A DNA stretch of 58,407 nucleotides from a bacterium. Lineage in GTDB: Bacteria; Patescibacteriota; Dojkabacteria; JAKAPS01; JAJZLI01. The stretch is taken from contig DAIDGT010000005.1 of NCBI GenBank assembly GCA_027459825.1, forward strand, positions 1 through 58,407, written 5' to 3'. A model generated the notes under the pieces. It was not told the DNA's origin. It made no database searches and was given only the letters and a program-made list of their open reading frames with translations. A program made the position numbers and the translations under genes. Positions within the stretch are counted from its first letter, which is position 1; each line of letters opens with the position of its first letter. Positions 43,761 to 52,090 of this stretch are shown here, piece after piece.

Positions 43761-45206
43761 TTATAGTGAAAATGGAAAGATAGATGTTTGCTTTATTAAA
43801 TCTATAGAGTATATGTTTATATAGTTGGAATTACTTGATGTGTTTTGATTTATTATCAATGTTTGTCCGTTAGGTGTAATAAAGTAGTTTTCATTAATAT
43901 TTTCTGCAACTTTTATTTTTGTGTTTGAAGAAATTGCTTGACTCCATAATATTAAGTTATTTGTACTAGAATTGACATTTTCTTTACTGTCAAAGAAAAT
44001 ATATCCTCCTAGCGGGTACCACATTATATTGCTTATGGTGCTAAGATTGTCTATTAAAATAGATCGACTATTATTTTGGATATAATAAACCCATAATTGG
44101 TTGTTTTTTTGAATTAAAATGTATAAGTTGTCTGGTGAAAATTCTATGTTATTGATATTTTGTCCCAAGTTAATAGGCTTCATTGTTTGAGTGTTTAGTA
44201 GTATACTATTTGTTTTTGATCTAAGTACGATGTAATTACTATTGTTGCTTGTGTATATATTATCAATATTGAAATTTGTTCTATAAATTTGTGTTTTGTT
44301 TGATCCGTCTAAGTTTTCTGTGTATATAGAGGATGTATTGCCAGATACATTATATATGGAATATATTATTTGATTTGTATTATATATAGAGTAGGGGATA
44401 TTTATGTTTTGATTATTGCTGTAAATTAAATTAATTGAATTATCATTTACATTGAAGGTTGCTAGTATATTGTTATTGTTGCTTTGTAATAATAATACGC
44501 TGTCATTTATCCATTGAATTTTAGAAAATAGTCCTATGTTGTACTCTGAAGATATGTCTACTACGGAATTATTACTTGTGTTGTACAGGTAGTAGTCTGT
44601 GTTACTTTGTGTGTTTGGATTTATTAGTATATAAGAAAAGTTCCCATTTGGTACTATCGAATAGTTTTTAGAGTTGAAATTTGATATTTGTGATAAATTT
44701 AGTAAGAAAGAAGGTGTTTCGTTTTGGATTTGTGGATTTGTATAATATACTTCATTCCCGTTATTATCTTGTGTTGTTATCAGTATGTTTTGTGAATTGA
44801 TATTGGTTATTATTTGTGTCGTATTATTAGGTATCATTAGTTTGTTTTCGGTATTTGTTGTTGGAAATAGAAAAGCATCTAAATTGGTAATTTGTTTAAA
44901 TTTTACTGATACTAAGCTTTCCCATGATGTATAATTTTGTTTTTTTATCATTATTTTGTATGTTCCGGGTAATAGAGATGTTATTATTAATGGTGTTTTT
45001 CCTTCATATACGTTTCCTAGGTAAATTGATGAATTGGGGATATTGGTATTGATTCTTAGTATTCCTGTTTCAGTTAAAATACCTGATTTGAAATTAATTT
45101 GATATCCACTTGCCCACATAATAATGATAAATGATGTTATTATGACGACAATTGTTCCAATTACATTTATGATATTTGAATAGGTCTTTTTTAAAAAATT
45201 TTTCAT
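43761..45206 (-). CDS. PEGA-domain surface protein with C-terminal beta-propeller-like region
   Basis: TM, then WASGY...TGILRINT.P..SIYL...GKTP...LLPGTYKIMIKKQNY..W; FSPDN, WYP and ITPNG repeats. Confidence 0.8.
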   Translation of the reverse strand: MKNFLKKTYSNIINVIGTIVVIITSFIIIMWASGYQINFKSGILTETGILRINTNIPNSSIYLGNVYEGKTPLIITSLLPGTYKIMIKKQNYTSWESLVSVKFKQITNLDAFLFPTTNTENKLMIPNNTTQIITNINSQNILITTQDNNGNEVYYTNPQIQNETPSFLLNLSQISNFNSKNYSIVPNGNFSYILINPNTQSNTDYYLYNTSNNSVVDISSEYNIGLFSKIQWINDSVLLLQSNNNNILATFNVNDNSINLIYSNNQNINIPYSIYNTNQIIYSIYNVSGNTSSIYTENLDGSNKTQIYRTNFNIDNIYTSNNSNYIVLRSKTNSILLNTQTMKPINLGQNINNIEFSPDNLYILIQKNNQLWVYYIQNNSRSILIDNLSTISNIMWYPLGGYIFFDSKENVNSSTNNLILWSQAISSNTKIKVAENINENYFITPNGQTLIINQNTSSNSNYINIYSIDLIKQTSIFPFSL

Positions 45207-45277
45207 TTTACTGTATCTTTGTAGATTTTTTATTGATAAAATTATATCATATATTGTTTTAATTTATTTTACATTCA

Positions 45278-46291
45278 ATGAATATGTTTGGTATTTCTAA
45301 ATTTGGATTTGATTTTGGAAGTTCTTCTTCTTTGATATCTACTCCTCATAGGGGGGTATTGGTTAATGATCCTTCTGTTGTTGCTATATCTATGGATACT
45401 AAGACCATTATTGCTGTTGGTCGTGATGCTAAGGATATGTTAGGAAAAACTCCAGAAGGTGTTGTTTCTAAGAATCCTATTAAATTTGGTGCTATATCTA
45501 ATTACAAGATAGTTGAATCTATGATTAAATATTTTTTGTCTAGGGCTGGTTACAAATCATTTCTCTTTAATTCTGAGGCTGTTGTTGGTATTTCTGATGG
45601 TTTAACTTCTGTTGAAAAAAGAGCTATGTATGAGGCAGTGATGGGTGCAGGTATAAAAAAGATATACCTTATGCCAAATATATTGCTTACGGCTATAGGG
45701 TGTAATTTGCCCATAGGAACTTCTTCTGGAAATATGGTTATCAATGTAGGTGGTGGTACTGCTGAACTTGCTATAATTTCTCTTAATGGTATTGTTGTTT
45801 CTGATTCAGTTAGAGTGGGTGGTGATTCTATTAATGAAGCCATAAGTATCTATCTTAAAAAAAATTATGGGATAATTATTGGGGATCAAATGGCAGAGAG
45901 TATAAAAATAAATATAGGTTCTGCTTTACCTTTAATAGATCCTATTGAAATGGAAATTAGGGGGAGGGATGCAATTAATGGTATGCCAAAATCAATTGTT
46001 ATTGATACTAATGTTGTTGTTTCTGCTATAAAGGGTCCTTTGAATCTTATTATTCAATCTACTAGGCATCTTTTGGAAAGAACTCCTCCTGAACTGGCTT
46101 CTGATATTATCGATAGGGGAATACTTTTGAGCGGAGGAACTTCTTTGCTTAGGAATATTGATACATTAATAACCAGGGCTATAGGTATTACTACATATAT
46201 TTCTGATGATCCTGTGACTTCTGTTGTTAATGGAGCTTCGGAAGCTCTTAGATATATCGATGTTTTATATAAGAATATTAGGAATCCTTGA
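45278..46291 (+). CDS. Divergent MreB/Mbl-like actin homolog
   Basis: DPSVVAI, AVGRDAKDMLGKTP, VEKRA, VGGGT, LERTPPELASDIIDRGILLSGG. Nucleotide-binding motifs are altered. Confidence 0.9.
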   Translation: MNMFGISKFGFDFGSSSSLISTPHRGVLVNDPSVVAISMDTKTIIAVGRDAKDMLGKTPEGVVSKNPIKFGAISNYKIVESMIKYFLSRAGYKSFLFNSEAVVGISDGLTSVEKRAMYEAVMGAGIKKIYLMPNILLTAIGCNLPIGTSSGNMVINVGGGTAELAIISLNGIVVSDSVRVGGDSINEAISIYLKKNYGIIIGDQMAESIKINIGSALPLIDPIEMEIRGRDAINGMPKSIVIDTNVVVSAIKGPLNLIIQSTRHLLERTPPELASDIIDRGILLSGGTSLLRNIDTLITRAIGITTYISDDPVTSVVNGASEALRYIDVLYKNIRNP

Positions 46292-46293
46292 CC

Positions 46294-47640
46294 ATGTCTA
46301 TTTTTATAGTGTTAATTTCTATATATGTCTTTTTGTTTATTTTTATTATCAATTATCCCGAATTTATTATTCCTTTTATTGTATTACTATCTCCTTTAGA
46401 GAGATTTAATATTAATATTGGTTTTTCTTTGACACCAATAATTGCATTTTTTCCAATATGTTTATTATCTATATTTGTTAACTATCATAAGATAAGGTGG
46501 AATGATATTGGTGTTAATTTTTACTTGTATTTATCTCTTGTATTTGTATTGTTGTCTATTTTTGTTTCTTGTTTATTTTCAATTAATAAATTTATTTCCT
46601 TTAAATCTTTATTCTACATTATTTTATCAATATTATATTTTTATATAAGTTACATTTCCGTAATTTATTTTTGTAAATTTCGTACTGTTATATATTCTAT
46701 ATTTTTGATGCTTTTAATGATTTCTTCTTATGGTTTTTTCCAATATATTATTTTTCTTATTCATGGCTTTGCATCTTTCAAAGTGATTACTATTTTACAT
46801 TCGACCTCTATAAGTCCAAATGCTTTTACAGTTATATTATTTGGTATTAGATTTTTAAGACCAGCTTCAACTTTTAGCGATGTAAACACTGCATCCGGTT
46901 TTGTTGGTTTTTTTATCCCTATTTTGTTAATGTTTATAATTTTTTCTAAATACTTTATTAAAATTTTTAATAAATATATAATTACTGCCTTTATTATTAT
47001 TTCTATACTTACAATGGTATATTTTGTTTTAACTTTTTCTAAAGCTTCTCTTTTAGCTGTAACCTGTGGTTTTGTATTTCTATTTTTTTATTACAGATTA
47101 TATAAGCATAAATTTATACTTTTTCTATTGGTTACGATTTTATTAGGAATAGTATTTATTCTTAGTAAGATATTATTTTCACATAGGATAGGATTTTTCT
47201 TGGCTGCTCAAGAGTATTCTTTTAGAATACATTTTATTCTCTCTTTATATGCATTAAAAATTTTTATAAAACATCCTATCTTTGGTTCAGGTTTAAGTAC
47301 TTTTACATACTACTTTGGTTTATATATTAAACCTTTAATTAATTATCCTTTAAATAATATAGATAATCCTCCTTTGTTCTTACTATGGCTTTCAGAATTA
47401 GGTATAATAGGGTTTATATCTTACATTTCCTTTATTATTATTTATTTTAAAATCTTATTACTAAACCTATCTACTAAATATCAATCAATTCCTTTATTAA
47501 GACATATATCTGTTGGTTTTATTGCTGGTATAATATCTCTGATGATTTCAAATTTATTTCACTCTTATTTTACCTTAATTTTTATTTGGGTATTTTTAGG
47601 TATTATACTAGGTATTTTTCGATTTAAAGTATTGAAGTAG
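46294..47640 (+). CDS. O-antigen ligase/Wzy_C-like polytopic membrane protein
   Basis: RPASTFSDVN, LTFSKAS, IFIKHPIFGSG..TF, LSELGIIG; many TMs. Confidence 0.75.
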   Translation: MSIFIVLISIYVFLFIFIINYPEFIIPFIVLLSPLERFNINIGFSLTPIIAFFPICLLSIFVNYHKIRWNDIGVNFYLYLSLVFVLLSIFVSCLFSINKFISFKSLFYIILSILYFYISYISVIYFCKFRTVIYSIFLMLLMISSYGFFQYIIFLIHGFASFKVITILHSTSISPNAFTVILFGIRFLRPASTFSDVNTASGFVGFFIPILLMFIIFSKYFIKIFNKYIITAFIIISILTMVYFVLTFSKASLLAVTCGFVFLFFYYRLYKHKFILFLLVTILLGIVFILSKILFSHRIGFFLAAQEYSFRIHFILSLYALKIFIKHPIFGSGLSTFTYYFGLYIKPLINYPLNNIDNPPLFLLWLSELGIIGFISYISFIIIYFKILLLNLSTKYQSIPLLRHISVGFIAGIISLMISNLFHSYFTLIFIWVFLGIILGIFRFKVLK

Positions 47641-47726
47641 AGTAGAGAGAGTAAAGGAAAATTAAAGTATGTCTATATATACAAAAACAGAGGCAATATG
47701 CCTCTGTTTTGTATATATTATAACCT

Positions 47727-48131
47727 TTATTTTAATTCTACTTTTGCACCTGCATCTTCTAATGATTTTTTTATTTTTTCAGCTTCCTCTTTATTAACAC
47801 CTTCTTTTACTGGTTTTGGTGCAGATTCTACAAGATCTTTTGCTTCTTTTAGTCCTAAATCAGGATTTATTACTCTTATAGCTTTAATAACCTCTATTTT
47901 TTTGTCACCACTTGCTGCGAGTATAATATCAAAAGAAGTTTTTTCTTCTTTTCCTTCATCTTCAGTTGATGATCCTCCGTTTCCCTGAGATTGTTGTTGT
48001 ATCATTTGTACTGGTGCTGATGCTTTAATATCAAATTTTTCTTCTATTAATTTTACTAATTTAGATAGGTCTAATAAATTTAACTTTGATATTTCATCTA
48101 CTATTTTATCCAATTTATTTTCTTCTGCCAT
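47727..48131 (-). CDS. rplL: Ribosomal protein bL12
   Basis: [38 protein letters not shown]. Confidence 0.97.
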   Translation of the reverse strand: MAEENKLDKIVDEISKLNLLDLSKLVKLIEEKFDIKASAPVQMIQQQSQGNGGSSTEDEGKEEKTSFDIILAASGDKKIEVIKAIRVINPDLGLKEAKDLVESAPKPVKEGVNKEEAEKIKKSLEDAGAKVELK

Positions 48132-48133
48132 TA

Positions 48134-48670
48134 TTATTTCACCTCCTGAGATTTTGCTTCTTCTAAGTTTTTTATTACATTAATTAAGTTTATAATTTCT
48201 GTTTTTAATAGGAGACATAATTGGGTTAAATTACCATTTAAATCTGTAATTAAACTGAGCATTAATCCTTCTCTTGAATTTATAGTACTAAGTTCTTTTA
48301 TGTCTTCAATTGAAGTTATATTGTCATTTAAAATAGCAAACTTTAATTTAGATTGAGTCTCTTCGGAAAACTTTAAAATTTCTTTTGCTATTAAATTTTG
48401 TTGATCATTTGCTATAACTATTGAATTATAACCATCAATTTTATTTATTAGAGATCCTTTTCCTGACTCTGTTAATGCAATTTTAAATAGCGTATTTTTC
48501 AAAAGCTTGTATTTAGTACCAGTATTAATTTTTTGTAAATTATTTTTTAATGTATTTACTGATTTTATATTAACACTACGTGTATCTATAAAGAAAAAGG
48601 AATCATTATTTTGTAACTGATTCTTATACTCTGATATAATCTCTTGTTTTTTTATTTTGCTAATAGCCAT
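48134..48670 (-). CDS. rplJ: Ribosomal protein uL10
   Basis: KNTLFKIAL motif; lies between rplA and rplL. Confidence 0.9.
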   Translation of the reverse strand: MAISKIKKQEIISEYKNQLQNNDSFFFIDTRSVNIKSVNTLKNNLQKINTGTKYKLLKNTLFKIALTESGKGSLINKIDGYNSIVIANDQQNLIAKEILKFSEETQSKLKFAILNDNITSIEDIKELSTINSREGLMLSLITDLNGNLTQLCLLLKTEIINLINVIKNLEEAKSQEVK

Positions 48671-48716
48671 AACAAACAAAGACTTATTAGTCTTAAATAA
48701 TATAAATTAAAGAATA

Positions 48717-48770
48717 TAGTCTCAATAGGTTTTATATTTTAATCGTAGATGACCCTATCTTCTTAGACTA
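48717..48770 (-). promoter_or_regulatory. L10 leader (autoregulatory RNA)
   Basis: Minus strand TAGTCTAAGAAGATAGG...TTAAAA...CCTATTGAGACTA: kink-turn-like stem of the L10-leader type directly upstream of rplJ. Confidence 0.7.
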
Positions 48771-48819
48771 GACTTATTGTATATTAAAATATATCTTTAG
48801 TCAAATTTGTTATGCAAAT

Positions 48820-49509
48820 TTAGATGATGGAAGTAATTTCGTTATTGTTTAACTTTATAGATGGTCCCATTGTGGGGCATATAAATATATTTCTGACTAT
48901 TTGTGTAATTGGTTTTGGTAATACTGTATTTATTGATCTTATTGCTTCTAAGAAATTATCTTTTAATTCTGTATTACTGTTATCTATCTTGCCTATAACA
49001 AGGTGAATATTTCCTGTAGCGTCTGATTTGAAATCATATTTCCCTTTTCTATAACTTTCAGCTACATCTTTTAAATTATTCGTTACGGTATTTGTTTTTG
49101 GATTTGGCATTAAACCTTTTGGTCCTAGTATCCTTCCAATTGATCCAAGCTTTGGCATAATATCAGGAGTTGCAATAATCAAATCAAATTCACTCCATCC
49201 GTTAGCTATTTTTTCTATATATTCTTCAGATCCAATATAATCATATAACTTTTTTATATTTTCTGATAGATCCTTTTGTTCTGTTAGTAGAAGTATTTTT
49301 TTCTCATTCCCAAATTTATGTTTATACACAATACTACCTCTAATAATACGATTAGGGTTTTTTTTATCAACAATTGTTGATAAATGTAGTTCTATGTTAG
49401 AATCAAATTTTGATATAGATAATTCCTTTACAGCTTGAAAGGATTCTTCTAATGAATACTTTTCTTTTTTGATATTAAGTTTCGTTAAGTAATTTTTAGA
49501 TCTCTTCAT
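48820..49509 (-). CDS. rplA: Ribosomal protein uL1
   Basis: KFDSNIEL, IATPDIM, ILGPKGLMPNPK, TMGPSI. Confidence 0.96.
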   Translation of the reverse strand: MKRSKNYLTKLNIKKEKYSLEESFQAVKELSISKFDSNIELHLSTIVDKKNPNRIIRGSIVYKHKFGNEKKILLLTEQKDLSENIKKLYDYIGSEEYIEKIANGWSEFDLIIATPDIMPKLGSIGRILGPKGLMPNPKTNTVTNNLKDVAESYRKGKYDFKSDATGNIHLVIGKIDNSNTELKDNFLEAIRSINTVLPKPITQIVRNIFICPTMGPSIKLNNNEITSII

Positions 49510-49516
49510 ACTATAT

Positions 49517-49942
49517 TTATTCTTGTACTTCTACTCCCATATTTTTTGCAGTACCTGCAATTATCTTTTGTGCTTGTATTATGTCTTTAGTATTTAAATC
49601 GGGTAATTTTGTTGTTGCAATCTCTTCTAATTGCTGTTTTGATAATTTACCTACTTTTTCTTTAAGTGCTGACCCTGATCCCTTTTCAATATTAAGTGCC
49701 TTTTTTATTAATATGGATGCAGGAGGTGTTTTAATTATAAAATCAAAGCTTCTATCTTCGTAAATTGTGATTACTGTTGGAAATGAAGTGTCTCCATTAT
49801 CTTTTGTTTTTGCGTTAAATTGGTTACAAAACTCCATAATGTTTACTCCATGTTGCCCCAATGCTGGACCAATTGGTGGAGTAGGGGTAGCTTTTCCTGC
49901 TTTTATTAGAAGTTTTACTTGAGTCTTTATTTTTTTTGCCAT
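49517..49942 (-). CDS. rplK: Ribosomal protein uL11
   Basis: [31 protein letters not shown]. Confidence 0.98.
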   Translation of the reverse strand: MAKKIKTQVKLLIKAGKATPTPPIGPALGQHGVNIMEFCNQFNAKTKDNGDTSFPTVITIYEDRSFDFIIKTPPASILIKKALNIEKGSGSALKEKVGKLSKQQLEEIATTKLPDLNTKDIIQAQKIIAGTAKNMGVEVQE

Positions 49943-49948
49943 ATATTT

Positions 49949-50500
49949 TTATATTAATCTAATTTGCATTAAATCTAATTCTACAGGAGTTTCCCTTCCA
50001 AATATAGAAATTAGTATTTTTACCTTACCTTTTTCTTCATTAATATCACTTATTTTACCATTAAAATCTTTAAATGCACCATCTATGACAACTATTGCGT
50101 CACCTACATTGAATGATGTCTGTATTGCTGGTGCATCAATTTCTATGAATTTAAGAATTGCTTCTACTTCATTTTCTTTTAAAGGTATAGGTTTTGATCC
50201 TGTTCCAACAAATCCTGTTACTCCCTGTGTGTCACGAATTATTGGCCATGTTTGGTTATTTAATTCCATATTTATCAATATATATCCTGGTAGTATTTTA
50301 TCTTTTACCTTCCTTTTCTTTCCTTCATTAATAATAGTTTTATTTCTCATTGGGATAACTATATCTTTAATATAGTCACTAACACCTGAAGTTTCTGCTC
50401 TTTGCTTTAAAATTATTGATATCTTCTTCTCATATCCTGTGAATACATTGATAGCATACCATTTAAAATTTTCAGTTGTAGTATTGTCTTCTTCTTTCAT
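49949..50500 (-). CDS. nusG: Transcription factor NusG
   Basis: WYAINVFTGYE, PGYILI, GVTGFVG, KOW domain, IFGRETPVEL. Confidence 0.97.
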   Translation of the reverse strand: MKEEDNTTTENFKWYAINVFTGYEKKISIILKQRAETSGVSDYIKDIVIPMRNKTIINEGKKRKVKDKILPGYILINMELNNQTWPIIRDTQGVTGFVGTGSKPIPLKENEVEAILKFIEIDAPAIQTSFNVGDAIVVIDGAFKDFNGKISDINEEKGKVKILISIFGRETPVELDLMQIRLI

Positions 50501-50509
50501 TAAAGTATT

Positions 50510-50689
50510 TTATATTATATTTAATAATAGTTTTTGAAGTATTAAATCAATTCCAAACAAAAATAAGCTGATTATTGTTGCAGTAACTATAGTAGATATT
50601 GTTGAGTTATAAAGATTTTTTCCAACATACCACTTAGTATTTTTTAGTTCAAGTAAAATCTCTTTTACAAATACAAAAACAGCTTTCAT
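50510..50689 (-). CDS. secE: Preprotein translocase subunit SecE (missing from the ORF track)
   Basis: Manual translation MKAVFVFVKEILLELKNTKWYVGKNLYNSTISTIVTATIISLFLFGIDLILQKLLLNII*; ELKxxxW motif plus a TM; sits upstream of nusG. Confidence 0.88.
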   Translation of the reverse strand: MKAVFVFVKEILLELKNTKWYVGKNLYNSTISTIVTATIISLFLFGIDLILQKLLLNII

Positions 50690-50736
50690 ATTAGTTTAGG
50701 TTTTTAATAATATCAAAAAATACTTGTATAATCAAA

Positions 50737-50807
50737 CAGGTTCAGAGGGAGTCGAACCCACGTTATTGGTTTTGGAGACCAATGTTCTACCGCTGAACTA
50801 TGAACCT
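50737..50807 (-). tRNA. tRNA-Trp(CCA)
   Basis: Cloverleaf AGGTTCA/TGAACCT, loop CT-CCA-AA, G73. Confidence 0.93.
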
Positions 50808-50975
50808 CTATTTTTTTGTCTCAATATGCAAAGTATGTTGTTTACAATTTTGACAAAATTTTTTAAGTTCCATCTTATCTTTATTATTTAGAATATTTTT
50901 TTCTGTTGTATAGTTTTTATTATTACATTTAGTACATTCTAAATATATATATCTTCTTGATTCCTTTTTTGCCAT
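50808..50975 (-). CDS. rpmG: Ribosomal protein bL33, Zn-ribbon type (missing from the ORF track)
   Basis: Manual translation MAKKESRRYIYLECTKCNNKNYTTEKN...MELKKFCQNCKQHTLHIETKK*. Confidence 0.95.
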   Translation of the reverse strand: MAKKESRRYIYLECTKCNNKNYTTEKNILNNKDKMELKKFCQNCKQHTLHIETKK

Positions 50976-51009
50976 AATGTTTTATCTGTATAAAAATATT
51001 TTACCTTAA

Positions 51010-51082
51010 AGCCTAGAAGCGGATTCGAACCGCCGATCTTTCCCTTACCATGGGAATGCTCTGCCAGCTGAGCTATCTAGGC
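51010..51082 (-). tRNA. tRNA-Thr(GGU)
   Basis: Cloverleaf GCCTAGA/TCTAGGC, loop AT-GGT-AA. Confidence 0.93.
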
Positions 51083-51209
51083 AGAGTATTATAAACAATG
51101 TTTATTATAACACTTCTAGTAATTGAATATAAATTATTGGGCATCATTCTATCAATTTAATATTATCTTATCAAGTTTTATGTAATTTTATTCGAAAAAA
51201 CATAATATA

Positions 51210-51292
51210 TGCAGAGGGAAGGATTCGAACCTCCGTAGCCATATGGCAACTGATTTACAGTCAGCCGCGATTGTCCACTCCGCCACCTCTGC
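51210..51292 (-). tRNA. tRNA-Tyr(GUA)
   Basis: Cloverleaf with a long variable arm, loop CT-GTA-AA. Confidence 0.93.
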
Positions 51293-51300
51293 ATTTAAAA

Positions 51301-51372
51301 AGCCTTCTGTCAGATTTGGACTGACGACCTGCTGTTTACAAAACAGCTGCTCTACCGCTGAGCTAAGAAGGC
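51301..51372 (-). tRNA. tRNA-Thr(UGU)
   Basis: Cloverleaf GCCTTCT/AGAAGGC, loop TT-TGT-AA; atypical T-loop TCCAAAT. Confidence 0.9.
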
Positions 51373-51426
51373 ATAATTTTAGCAGATTTTATACAAAATC
51401 TTTTTATAAATCAAATGATTTGTAAT

Positions 51427-51562
51427 GGCTCATCTGCTAAGTATGATTCCTTATTTTTATAATTTAGAACTCAATTATAATCCAATATGTAGAATTATAA
51501 GGATATTGTTCTTATAAGGATTTTATTGTTGAATCATATAAAATAGCAATTTGATGAGCCTT
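51427..51562 (-). ncRNA. Candidate rod-shaped ncRNA of about 135 nt
   Basis: Nested inverted repeats GGCTCATC/GATGAGCC, TGCTA/TAGCA, TATGATTC/GAATCATA, AGAAC/GTTCT, TTATAAT/ATTATAA. Extended -10 TGGTATAAT on the minus strand at 51567-51575. Confidence 0.6.
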
Positions 51563-51880
51563 AATTATTATACCAGAAATTTAAATAAATTTTTATATAA
51601 ATACATATTTTGTGATATAAATCTTTTTTAATATATCTTAAATTTAATATACTATCATATATTATCTTTTATTTGATAATATATTTGTAAGTATTTAGTG
51701 AATATTTATCATCCTCTTATGATCCTTTGATAAATATTTATTATTTATTTGTATTATTATGGGTACAACATTTTTATGTATTATTTTTTTATGTTTTTTT
51801 TTGTTAAATTCTATAATTTGTAATATCTAATATTTTTGATATAATTGTTTGCATAATAATTTATGTAAATGATTTTTATT

Positions 51881-52090
51881 ATGTCTAGAATTTGTGATTT
51901 TTGTGGTAAAGGTGTTTTGGTAGTTAATAATATTAGCCATAAAGCTTCTGGTGGTTGGGCAAAAAAAGCACCAAAGACGAAAAGACGATTATTTCCTAAT
52001 TTACGAAAGATAAAATATTCTGATATTGATGGTAATACTATGCATTCTAAAATTTGTATGAAATGTTACAAGTCTCTTGCTTTAAAATAA
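51881..52090 (+). CDS. rpmB: Ribosomal protein bL28
   Basis: MSRICDFCGK...NNISH...TKRRLFPNL...KICMKC. Confidence 0.93.
   Translation: MSRICDFCGKGVLVVNNISHKASGGWAKKAPKTKRRLFPNLRKIKYSDIDGNTMHSKICMKCYKSLALK

Noticed and set aside
50737-50807. Alternative genetic code (UGA reassigned)
   Set aside because: TGA terminates several genes at expected positions, long ORFs are intact under code 11, and tRNA-Trp has anticodon CCA.
51083-51209. Remnant tRNA-Gly between tRNA-Tyr and tRNA-Thr
   Set aside because: No cloverleaf; the spacer instead holds a promoter-like TTGATA-17-TAGAAT on the minus strand.
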